Source: a virus | Lineage: Duplodnaviria; Caudoviricetes | Virus record (IMG/VR): IMGVR_UViG_3300020120_000085 | Span: 1 to 39,994 of that record | DNA length: 39,994 bases | Strand: one strand, 5' to 3' | In this document: positions 9,237 to 17,019 of the stretch, in pieces | Position numbering within the stretch: the stretch's first letter is position 1 | Layout: every line of letters begins with the position of its first letter | Program-made: the position numbers and the translations under genes | Notes under the pieces: generated by a model | What the model was told of the DNA's origin: nothing | Database searches by the model: none | Seen by the model: only the letters and a program-made list of their open reading frames with translations

Positions 9237-9431
9237 TCAGAAGTCATAGGGCGCATCCAGCCGGGCATCGCCGTACGAGCCCGCCAGCACGTCCGCGCCG
9301 GTCCCCCGGTACGCGTACGGCTTCCGCACCTCCAGGGCGGTCAGCAGCTCCTCGTCCGCCTCCGCCAGCTCCCGGTACCACTCCCACGGCGGCCCGGTGT
9401 CCGGCATGATCTCTGCGCTCAGGTCAGGCAC
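9237..9431 (-). CDS. Hypothetical protein
   Basis: GTG overlapping upstream stop; only the 3' part of the listed 238-aa ORF looks coding. Confidence 0.5.
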   Translation of the reverse strand: MPDLSAEIMPDTGPPWEWYRELAEADEELLTALEVRKPYAYRGTGADVLAGSYGDARLDAPYDF

Positions 9432-9648
9432 CGTCGCCGCCTGTCTCCTCCGGGCGGAGGTTGTACGTCTGGTAGTCGTCGCAGTAGCCAGGGCAGTTGC
9501 AGCCACCGCAAGCGAAGCAGTGCTGGTGGCGGCACTGAAAGAACCCCTGGTAGTCGTAGCAGTCTTCGTCGTGATCGTGGTCGCACGGTTCCCGGTCGTC
9601 ACCAAGATCGACATCGACGTCGTTAGCGCGGAGCGGGCGGTCAGGCAC
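9424..9648 (-). CDS. Small acidic Cys/His-rich protein
   Basis: 8 Cys and 4 His within about 36 aa; GGAGG RBS; coupled to neighbours. Confidence 0.65.
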   Translation of the reverse strand: MPDRPLRANDVDVDLGDDREPCDHDHDEDCYDYQGFFQCRHQHCFACGGCNCPGYCDDYQTYNLRPEETGGDGA

Positions 9649-10012
9649 CTCCGGCCTCCGTGATGTCCGCGGCGGCCTTCCGGATCGCGGCGGCCAGCTC
9701 GCGGTGCTGCCCCGGGGTGGCGGCGGCGAGCGTCTCGACCAGGCCGGCCAGGTCCTCCGCCCGGTGCGGGCGCAGCTCGACGTGATACGTCCTGCCCTTC
9801 CCGCGCACGGAGCCGGTGACGGCCACCACCGGGTTGCCGGCGTGATGCGGGCCGAGGATGGCGCGGGCCCAGACGTCGCATTGCGCGGCGGGGAAGTAGG
9901 GGCCGCCGCTGCCGACGCAGATGGGGGCCATGGCGTGATCGGCGTCGCACCACGGCGGGCAGTCGGCGTCCAGGTACGGGTTACGGCGGGGTGCGGTGGT
10001 TTCGGCGGTCAT
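9641..10012 (-). CDS. Hypothetical protein with CPxWC...H motif
   Basis: AGGAG RBS; CPPWCDADH motif recurrent in actinobacterial mobile elements. Confidence 0.7.
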   Translation of the reverse strand: MTAETTAPRRNPYLDADCPPWCDADHAMAPICVGSGGPYFPAAQCDVWARAILGPHHAGNPVVAVTGSVRGKGRTYHVELRPHRAEDLAGLVETLAAATPGQHRELAAAIRKAAADITEAGGA

Positions 10013-10046
10013 TGCGGTGACTCCTGACTGGCGGCTAACTAGATAT

Positions 10047-10085
10047 CCCCTAACGGGACAGCTCGCCGGAGCTTCCCGTTAGGGG
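10047..10085. other. Inverted repeat, candidate attP or operator upstream of integrase
   Basis: CCCCTAACGGGA-N15-TCCCGTTAGGGG perfect 12-bp arms with inner AGCTC/GAGCT. Confidence 0.5.
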
Positions 10086-10099
10086 TGTACTCTGACGGG

Positions 10100-11497
10100 A
10101 TGAACGTAGCACTCGTGATCGCGGCTGTCTACTTCAGGTGCAGTGCCGACCGCAACGACCAGGCCTCGGTAGAAGAGCAGGAAGAACTGGGCGACGCCAG
10201 GTGCGGGGCCGAAGGCTGGGCCGCGCGCAAGTACCGGGACAACGACCGTAGCGCATCCCGGTATGCGAGGAAAGACCGGGACGACTGGCCCCGGCTCCTC
10301 GCCGACCTCGAGGCCGGCCTGTTCGGCGTCATCTGGCTGTGGGAGTCCTCGCGGGGCGACCGCAAAGCCTACGAGTGGCTCGGGTTCCTCGAGCTGTGCC
10401 GGGCCCGCGGCGTCCGGATCTACGTCGAGACCCACGGGCGGCTGTACGACATGCGCAACGCCCGCGACTGGAAGACCCTGGCCGAGGATGGCGTGAACAA
10501 CGCCTACGCCAGCGAGGAAACCTCGCTGCGCGTCAAGAGGGACCTGGCCAGGAACGCCAGGAAAGGGCGCCCGCACGGCCCCGCCGGGTACGGCATCCGC
10601 CGCGTCTACGACGAGGTCACCGGCAAGTACGTCCGCCAGGAACCCGACCCGGAAACCGGCCCGGTCGCCGCCGAGATCATCACCCGCGTCGCGCGCAGCG
10701 AAGCCCTCATGGCCATCAAGGCCGACCTGGAGGCCCGCGGCATACCCGGCGCGGGCGGCGGCGCGTGGGACCGGCAGACGATGCGGCAGATCGCGCTGAA
10801 CCCCGCCTACGCCGGGTTCCGCCGCGGCCCGGACGGCGAGCTGATCCCCGCGTGGACCCCGGTCGTCGGCGCGGAGATCCACCGGGCCGCCGTCGCCGTG
10901 CTCGAAGGGCGGTTCAGCAAGCGCCCCAGCAGGCACCGGCACCTGCTGTCCTACCTTGCCCGGTGCGGCCACTGCACTGACTCGCGCAACGTGCTGGCGG
11001 TGTACTCCAGCCGGCGCGGCGCCGTCCTGTACCGCTGCCGGGCGCACGGCTGCGTCAACGTCGGCGCCGCGTGGCTCGACGAGCTCGTCACGCTCGCCGT
11101 GTGCGGCGCCCTCTCGCAGCCGGGCGCGGCCGGCGTGTTCCGGCCGGACAGCGGCGAGGCGGCACGCTACCGGGCTGAGGCCGCCGAGGCGCGCGCGCAG
11201 CTGGACGAGTGGGTGAAGGCCGGCGTCTCCGCCCGCGCCTACGCCCTCAAGGAAGCGCAGCTGCTGCCGCGGATCGAGCGCGCCGAGCAGGCCGCGGCCC
11301 GCTCGGCTGCGCCCCTCGCGCTCGCCGGGCTGCTCGGCGCGGCCGACGTGCGCGCCGCGTGGGATGCCCTCGGCCTCCCGGCGCGCCGCGATGTCATCCG
11401 CGCCCTGATGGACGTCAGCGTAGCGAAGGCCGCCAGCCAGGCCCGCGCGGCCCGCACCGACCCGGAGCGCGTCGTCATCGAGTGGAAGCGCGCCTAG
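10100..11497 (+). CDS. int: Large serine recombinase (integrase)
   Basis: Catalytic 'VYFRCS', 'SVEEQ', 'WESSRGDR', recombinase domain 'GRPHGPAGYG', Zn ribbon CGHC...YRC...C, coiled coil; start at ATG 10100 chosen from TACTCT -10 box. Confidence 0.93.
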   Translation: MNVALVIAAVYFRCSADRNDQASVEEQEELGDARCGAEGWAARKYRDNDRSASRYARKDRDDWPRLLADLEAGLFGVIWLWESSRGDRKAYEWLGFLELCRARGVRIYVETHGRLYDMRNARDWKTLAEDGVNNAYASEETSLRVKRDLARNARKGRPHGPAGYGIRRVYDEVTGKYVRQEPDPETGPVAAEIITRVARSEALMAIKADLEARGIPGAGGGAWDRQTMRQIALNPAYAGFRRGPDGELIPAWTPVVGAEIHRAAVAVLEGRFSKRPSRHRHLLSYLARCGHCTDSRNVLAVYSSRRGAVLYRCRAHGCVNVGAAWLDELVTLAVCGALSQPGAAGVFRPDSGEAARYRAEAAEARAQLDEWVKAGVSARAYALKEAQLLPRIERAEQAAARSAAPLALAGLLGAADVRAAWDALGLPARRDVIRALMDVSVAKAASQARAARTDPERVVIEWKRA

Positions 11498-11901
11498 CGC
11501 CGCGCCAGCCGCCACACGCCGTAGCTGATCCCCAGGATCACGTCCGCCACGGCCCACAGCACGACCAGGAGCCCGGCCCCGATCGCGGTGCCAGCCTTGC
11601 CGCCCGTGCCGTAGTCGCTGACACACTGGCTGAACGGGAGGTACTGGTCCGGGTGCGCATGACAGTACGCGACAGCCTGGGCATGGACATCGCTCCCGCC
11701 GGCGATCTGAACGATCAGCAAGATGACGAACAGCACCTGGATGGCCAGGAACACCCACGGGAAGATCCGGCGGCGCCTGCGGCCGACCGGGTCAGGCGGC
11801 CCCGGCTGGAATGCGTGGACGTACGGCGGCCCGGGCGGGTACTGCGGGCTGACCATGTTCTGCAGGAACTCGCCTGCGCTGTCCGGCTGCTGCGGTGACA
11901 T
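11494..11901 (-). CDS. Two-TM membrane protein with extracytoplasmic Cys pair
   Basis: Pro-rich N-terminus, RRRRR then TM, second TM at C-terminus. Confidence 0.75.
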   Translation of the reverse strand: MSPQQPDSAGEFLQNMVSPQYPPGPPYVHAFQPGPPDPVGRRRRRIFPWVFLAIQVLFVILLIVQIAGGSDVHAQAVAYCHAHPDQYLPFSQCVSDYGTGGKAGTAIGAGLLVVLWAVADVILGISYGVWRLARR

Positions 11902-11961
11902 GCACAGGTGACGCGGGCCGCGGCCGGGCGGTTGGCACGGGTAAGGACAGGGTCACCGCGG

Positions 11962-12297
11962 GGTTAGCTCTGGGTACTCTTCGCGCGCTGGAGGCTTGCC
12001 GCCTTGCGGCGCTGGATCGCCTTCGGGCTGGCGATCGAGTCGAGGTCCGGATTGGCCTCCCTGGCCCGCTTCTGGAGGCTGGCCATCTGCTCGTCGCTGA
12101 TCGTGTTGTTCTTCCTGCTGAACAGTCCCATGGTTCTTTCCCCTCTAACTGAGTTAGATATTGAACTCGCGGCCCGGCTGAGGCTAACCATGCGCTGGCC
12201 TGCGGAAACGCGCGGAAGTTAGGTGCCATGGCCAGTTAGGCCGGCCGGCTGGCGGGGCCTGCGGGAGCGGTTCCGGGTACAGGGCGGCCATCTAACT
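11962..12297. repeat. Cluster of CTAACY/RGTTAG hexamers downstream of traB, candidate cis-acting transfer locus
   Basis: Copies at 11962, 12145, 12152, 12184, 12217, 12234, 12292, including palindrome TCTAACT-G-AGTTAGA. Confidence 0.55.
11964..12131 (-). CDS. Small basic hypothetical protein (55 aa)
   Basis: GAGGGG RBS before MGLFSRK start. Confidence 0.6.
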   Translation of the reverse strand: MGLFSRKNNTISDEQMASLQKRAREANPDLDSIASPKAIQRRKAASLQRAKSTQS

Positions 12298-14414
12298 CAC
12301 TCCCGGCCGGCCAGCGCGCGGCGCAGGTCCGCCGGGTCCAGGCGCAGCACGTTCCCGGTGTTGGTCACCCGCACTCCCTCGTCGTCGAGCAGCTCCCGCA
12401 GGCGCACCGCGGTCAGGCTCCGGTACGCGCCCCACGCGGGCGCGAGCTTCCGCAGCCGGGCCGGGAGATCGGCGAGCTTGACCCGCTCGTCGCCGGTCAC
12501 CTCGTCTAGGTCCTCAAGGAGATCCCGCGCCTCGATCGCGGCGGGCGCGCTGGCCCCGGCGCGGGTGCCGCGGGCCACCCCGGCGCACGCCCGGGCGATG
12601 ACATCGGCTGCGGCGTCGAACCCGGTGTCGTCGTCGACCTCGACGTAATACCACTTCATGATCTCGAACTGGGCGTCCGAGACGCCCGTGATCAGGCTCC
12701 GGCCGACGTCGCGGCCGGGCCGCAGCTCGGTCGCCCGGATGCCCGCCGCGAACGACCCGTCGCCGAGGAAGCCGTCATTCGCGCGCCATGTCTTGACGGC
12801 GAAACAGCAGTTCACCGATACGAGGCCGACCAGCTTGGGGGGGATCGCGTCCTTCCTGGCGTCCTGGGTGTCATAGCCGGTCCACACGGCTGTCTTGCGG
12901 GCCCGGCGGATCGTCTTGACCGCCAGCTCGGTGGCCTCCTCGCCGTGATCCTTGTCGCCGAACAGCTCATGGCACTCGCTGAACAGGGCCAGCTTCGGCC
13001 GCAGCTCCGGGTGCCGCTCGGCCAGCTGGCGCGTCACCTTCTTGGCGCCGAGGTCGGCCAGCATCTGCTCGCGCTGGCCGACCTCGGCGTACAGCTCGTG
13101 CAAGGTGGCCATCGCGGCGTCGACCTGCTCGTCCTCCGCGCCCTTGACGTACCGGGACAGGCGCGGCCGGTAGGAGTCGAAGTCGCCGTTGTAGGCGAAG
13201 ACGTGCACGATCAGCTCGGCCAGCGGGTCGAGCGCCGCGCCGAGGAACACCAGGCGGCAGGCGTTCGACTTACCCTGGCCCATCAGGCCGCCCGCCACGA
13301 AGTTGTTGCCGACGACGGGGAGCAGGAGCTCGGCGCCGCGCGGGGAGACCCCCACCGGGACGCCCGTGAACACGTCGGCGGTGCCCTCGTGCAGCAGCGG
13401 GTACTCCGGCGCGGGCTTGTCCAGCACGCCAGGGTCGGCGACCCACAGCGCCACCGTCCCGGCCGGCCCGACGCCGCCCCGCTCGGCGTTCGTCGGCCAG
13501 CATTCGACCTGCGCCCTGTGCAGGTTCCGGGCGAACACCGGGTTCCTGTCGGCGATCATCTCGGGCGTGACGCCGAGAGGGACGCCGAACACCGCGGAAT
13601 AGCCGCGGCCGTCCCGGACCGGCAGGGTGTGGAACGTGGGGCGCCACCCGTCCTTGAAGGCCTTCCGCAGGTCCGGGATCGGGGTGTGCTGCAGCGCCAG
13701 CACGATCGTGTCGGCGGTGATGACCATGCCGCCTTCCTCCTCGTCCGCCTTCGCCGCCGCGGTCCACCCGGCCGCCGCGGCGTAGCCCCTGCCCGTCCAC
13801 CACAGGGCGCCCAGGGCGATCCACGGCAGCGACAGCACCACCGGCCCCCAGCTCACTGACAGCGCGATGGCGATCCACCCGGCGATGCGGGCGGCCAGCT
13901 TCACGGGGACGGCCACCTCCGCGATGTGGCCCCTCGCGATGGCGAGCAGCGTCCCGGTGGCGGCCAGGATCAGGAACAGGCCGAACGCCAGCTTCGGGAG
14001 CTGCAGGAGCAGCTCGGCGGGCACCCGGATCATGTCGGTGCGGCGCTCGTGCCGGTCCTTCCGGAACGCGGCCATCCGCTTCTCCCACTCCAGCGCCGAC
14101 TCCTGGTCGCCTTGGGCCTCCGCGATCCGCAGCCACCGCTCGTAGCGGGCGGTCGTGCGGGAATCCCACAGGCGCTTCGCGACCACGGCCGCGCCGAGCG
14201 GGATGTAGCCCAGGTGGCGGCCCGCCGCCCTGGTGCGCTCGTGCCGGGCGACGGCGCGGGCGGCATGGATCACGCGGGCCGGGCCGGACGGCGGGGCCTC
14301 GACGATCACGCCTTCGAGGATCTCCGGCTCGACGTCGCCCCGGCCGCGGACGGCGGGCAGGTTCCGTGCGGTGCCGTCTTCCGGGGGCTGGCCGTCATCG
14401 GGCAAGATGGTCAC
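12297..14414 (-). CDS. traB: FtsK/SpoIIIE-family DNA translocase, TraB-like conjugative transfer protein
   Basis: N-terminal TM segments, Walker A 'GLMGQGKS', Walker B-like 'LFSECHE', 'RRARKT', 'DTQ', C-terminal winged-helix-like region; next to DUF2637-like gene. Confidence 0.85.
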   Translation of the reverse strand: MTILPDDGQPPEDGTARNLPAVRGRGDVEPEILEGVIVEAPPSGPARVIHAARAVARHERTRAAGRHLGYIPLGAAVVAKRLWDSRTTARYERWLRIAEAQGDQESALEWEKRMAAFRKDRHERRTDMIRVPAELLLQLPKLAFGLFLILAATGTLLAIARGHIAEVAVPVKLAARIAGWIAIALSVSWGPVVLSLPWIALGALWWTGRGYAAAAGWTAAAKADEEEGGMVITADTIVLALQHTPIPDLRKAFKDGWRPTFHTLPVRDGRGYSAVFGVPLGVTPEMIADRNPVFARNLHRAQVECWPTNAERGGVGPAGTVALWVADPGVLDKPAPEYPLLHEGTADVFTGVPVGVSPRGAELLLPVVGNNFVAGGLMGQGKSNACRLVFLGAALDPLAELIVHVFAYNGDFDSYRPRLSRYVKGAEDEQVDAAMATLHELYAEVGQREQMLADLGAKKVTRQLAERHPELRPKLALFSECHELFGDKDHGEEATELAVKTIRRARKTAVWTGYDTQDARKDAIPPKLVGLVSVNCCFAVKTWRANDGFLGDGSFAAGIRATELRPGRDVGRSLITGVSDAQFEIMKWYYVEVDDDTGFDAAADVIARACAGVARGTRAGASAPAAIEARDLLEDLDEVTGDERVKLADLPARLRKLAPAWGAYRSLTAVRLRELLDDEGVRVTNTGNVLRLDPADLRRALAGRE

Positions 14415-14486
14415 GCTCCTTCGGGAGTGGAACCGGGCCCGGGTGCTGGTCTTGGCTGGCTCTGCCCCGGGCCCGGGGTCTAGTGG

Positions 14487-15095
14487 TTACGCGGCGGGCG
14501 GCTCACCCGCCTCCGGTGCATGCTGGCCGTTGAGATTCCCGACCAGCGCGGCCACCCTGGCGCGCGGCTGGCCGAACGCGGCCGAGAGCTGGCGCTGCGA
14601 CGGCGCGGCGTCCAGGCAGTCCCGCCCGTGCAGGTACGCCGTCACGACGGCCTCGTCAGCCGAGCTGGCCACCGCGTGCGGGCAGTGGTCATCCCTGGTA
14701 TCCGGCTGACCGCCGCGCGCCAGCCGCACGATCCCCATCAGGGTTTCCAGGGACAGCACGAAAGCCACCGGCGGCAGGCTGGCGACCAGCGCCCCGCCTG
14801 CACCGTGGACGCTCCCGGCCACCACGTTCATGGCCACCGTCGCGCCGATCCCGACCGCCAGTGACAGCATGGCCAGCGGCGGCTTGCGGGCCCGGTTCCG
14901 GATCGCGTCGAGCAGCGCCAGCGACGCAGTCAGGATCATCAGGTCGGCCACCAACGGGATCAGGCAGGCCACCGTGCCCGCGCTGCCCGTCATGTGGACG
15001 ACGGACAGAGCATGCAGATAGGACACGATACCGGTGATGACGGCGAGCGCGGCCAGGCTCAGGCCGGCCAGCAGCCGGATCAGGCCGTCGTTCAC
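14487..15095 (-). CDS. DUF2637/SpdA-like spread membrane protein
   Basis: 'IVSYLH', 'IPLVADLMIL.ASL', 'GIGATVAMNV', 'LPPVAFVLSLE.L', C-terminal HTH-like 'PSQRQL'. Confidence 0.8.
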   Translation of the reverse strand: MNDGLIRLLAGLSLAALAVITGIVSYLHALSVVHMTGSAGTVACLIPLVADLMILTASLALLDAIRNRARKPPLAMLSLAVGIGATVAMNVVAGSVHGAGGALVASLPPVAFVLSLETLMGIVRLARGGQPDTRDDHCPHAVASSADEAVVTAYLHGRDCLDAAPSQRQLSAAFGQPRARVAALVGNLNGQHAPEAGEPPAA

Positions 15096-15307
15096 GCCCT
15101 GCCCGCCTCCGGCCGCAGCCGCAGCCCGCCGTCCCGCAGCAGCGACCGCGCCAGCCACAGCACCACCGCCGCCAGCGCCAGCACCACCGCCACGGCCACC
15201 ACGCCGAGCACCGGCTCAGGGCCGAGCGCGGGCAGGCGCACGGTGGTGCGCGCCGACACGATCAGGCCGGCCAGCGACACCGCGAGCCACGTCAGTATCG
15301 TTTCCAT
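15092..15307 (-). CDS. Small two-TM protein, Spd-like
   Basis: GGAGG RBS, hydrophobic, GTGA overlap with next gene. Confidence 0.65.
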   Translation of the reverse strand: METILTWLAVSLAGLIVSARTTVRLPALGPEPVLGVVAVAVVLALAAVVLWLARSLLRDGGLRLRPEAGRA

Positions 15308-15378
15308 TGGTCCTCCTGGTTGCGCAGGGGGTCAAGTCCCGGCCGCGGTGGTCACTCACCCCGGCCGGGGCGCTTCAG

Positions 15379-15630
15379 TTATCCGTGACGGCAGTCGCTG
15401 TTGCACGGGTCGGCCAGGCCGTGGGCGTGCCGCTGGACAGTGGCTGTGCCGCCACTGCCGCCCAGCTCCTTCACGCGCTCGTACCATTCGACCGGCACGA
15501 GCACGGCGGCGGGCTTGTCATACCGCAGCACGTAGACGTGAGCGCCGTCGCGGGCGATCTCGTCGAGCAGGTCACGGAGCTTCGCCCGCGCCTCTTCGCT
15601 GCGCACCCAGCGGTCGGTCTCACGATCCAT
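15379..15630 (-). CDS. Phd/YefM-family antitoxin-like DNA-binding protein (orphan)
   Basis: 'EARAKLRDLLDEI...HVYVLRYDKPAAVLVPVEWYE' Phd/YefM signature. Confidence 0.85.
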   Translation of the reverse strand: MDRETDRWVRSEEARAKLRDLLDEIARDGAHVYVLRYDKPAAVLVPVEWYERVKELGGSGGTATVQRHAHGLADPCNSDCRHG

Positions 15631-15665
15631 GCTGTAAGTCAAGCATGGGTTGTACAGGACGGCAA
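15627..15665 (-). promoter_or_regulatory. Operator/promoter region of the transfer operon
   Basis: TGTACA palindrome 15651-15656; inverted repeat CCATGCT-N8-AGCATGG over the start codon; TTGCCG -35-like box. Confidence 0.5.
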
Positions 15666-15877
15666 GCGGAGGTAAGGACAAGCTGGCCGCCGGGTAAGCG
15701 CGATGTGGGCTATCTCACTCGCGAAAGTTGTTGGCCGCCCCCTGGCCTGCGGCTTCTCATCTCCCGCCGACAGGATGGGTAAGGACAACGTCACCTCCCG
15801 GATAGCTACCTCATGTGCGACGCAAACGCTACGTTGTGACGTCTTGGGCACTTTGGGGAGGGGAGCGGGCAAAGTAA

Positions 15878-16282
15878 ATGAGCGGGACCGGGCGCGAGGG
15901 GAAGCGCCGCGCAGCCGGATGGGCATTCTGGGGACTCGCCGCCGCGTCATGGGCGGCCGTCACCGCCATCGACCTGGCCGGCCTGGCGGATGACATCCTG
16001 GCCGACGCGCGGATCATGGCCGCCGTCACGACGCTGGCGGCACTGCAGTACCTCCTCGCGCTGCAGGCCGGGCGGGCCGCCGGGCGGCTGGACAGGACCT
16101 ACCGGGCCATCGCGCGGAACGTCAGGGCCCGGCCGGACGACCCCGAGCCCACCCCGCCCGTGGGCTTCCCCGCGCTGCGGAAGGTGTCCGGGCCCATGGT
16201 CAGGCCGGACGCTCCCGCCCCGCCCGCCGGGCAGCACGCCGGGCGGCATACTCGTCGCGGGCTTCGCGCGACCGCTCGATGA
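15878..16282 (+). CDS. Two-TM membrane protein
   Basis: Two hydrophobic segments; convergent with repressor. Confidence 0.55.
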   Translation: MSGTGREGKRRAAGWAFWGLAAASWAAVTAIDLAGLADDILADARIMAAVTTLAALQYLLALQAGRAAGRLDRTYRAIARNVRARPDDPEPTPPVGFPALRKVSGPMVRPDAPAPPAGQHAGRHTRRGLRATAR

Positions 16283-16580
16283 GGTCGCGCCGGATGTGCA
16301 GCGGGAGATCCGGGTCGCCCGCGACCTGGCCCTCCCACTCCTCACGCCAGGGCTTCAGGTCGGCCAGCGGATCCGGGGCGGTCCCGGGCCCGCCGTCGAG
16401 GGTGACGCCCAGCACGTCTTCCAGGGCTCCTATCGAGTTGCGCGGCGACGTCCTGCCGTTCTCCCAGTTGTCAACGCTCTTGATGTTGACGCCCAGGGCG
16501 TCGGCAAGCTGGCGCTGCGTCCAGCGCCTGCGCTCCCTGGCACGCTTGATCGCGGTCCCGATACGGGTGTCGGTGGCCAT
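16200..16580 (-). CDS. XRE/CI-like HTH repressor
   Basis: 'IKRARERRRWTQRQLADALGVNIKSVDNWENGRTSP' HTH_3 motif. Confidence 0.9.
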   Translation of the reverse strand: MATDTRIGTAIKRARERRRWTQRQLADALGVNIKSVDNWENGRTSPRNSIGALEDVLGVTLDGGPGTAPDPLADLKPWREEWEGQVAGDPDLPLHIRRDLIERSREARDEYAARRAARRAGRERPA

Positions 16581-16586
16581 GACTGC

Positions 16587-16615
16587 ATTGTGATGTCCGT
16601 TTCTAGGCAAGTCAA
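16587..16615 (-). promoter_or_regulatory. Sigma70-type leaderless promoter of repressor
   Basis: TTGACT-N17-CACAAT-N6-ATG. Confidence 0.7.
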
Positions 16616-16643
16616 GGCAACACTGTGAAGGTTTAGGGAATCG

Positions 16644-17019
16644 TCAGACGGTAGTGTCCGGCAGCTGGTGCTGACGAGAGGGGGGCGCCGGCGGGTTCAT
16701 GAGGTCCCGGAGGAGATTTGAGGCCGGGACAAGGACGCCCCATGTCGGATGAGAACCCTTCGCCCCGCCGTTCTTGACGCGCCCAAGGGTGTAGTAGTAG
16801 CGGGCAACGGCTTTGAGGCGGTCTACCGGCGCGAACACGACAACCTCGGTAGACAGCACCAGCGCCCAGACCTCCGCTTCGGTAGTAGAGATGCCGCTCG
16901 CCTCATACTTTCCGAAGTAGCGGCAGCTGTATTCGATGTAGAGATTCCCCGTCCTGGCTGCCCAGATGGCTGTATTCGATGTAGAGATTCCCCGTCCTGG
17001 CTGCCCAGATGTCGGTTTT
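16644..17019 (-). pseudogene. Remnant of a putative PD-(D/E)xK nuclease, 5' deleted and frameshifted
   Basis: Removing one repeat copy gives KTDIWAARTGNLYIEYSCRYFGKYEASGISTTEAEVWALVL..., matching the phage 'EVKTD..TGN.YIEY..SGI.TT.A..W' pattern. Confidence 0.65.
16926..17011. repeat. Perfect 43-bp tandem duplication
   Basis: GCTGTATTCGATGTAGAGATTCCCCGTCCTGGCTGCCCAGATG at 16926-16968 and 16969-17011. Confidence 0.97.

Noticed and set aside
10079-11758. 559-aa ORF opposite the integrase
   Set aside because: Mirror frame of the serine recombinase.
12297-14414. Type VII secretion EccC or packaging ATPase
   Set aside because: Single ATPase domain, no WXG100 genes, a terminase already present, and a DUF2637-like neighbour favour TraB.
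15092-15878. Toxin partner for the Phd/YefM gene
   Set aside because: Neighbours are membrane proteins; no RelE, Doc, PIN or MazF motif seen.
8200-16300. Complete self-standing AICE nested in the phage
   Set aside because: No RepSA/RepAM or prim-pol initiator, only one integrase, and no flanking direct repeats found by eye; not excluded.
16926-17011. Possible CRISPR mini-array
   Set aside because: Two abutting copies with no spacer and no cas genes; a simple tandem duplication.
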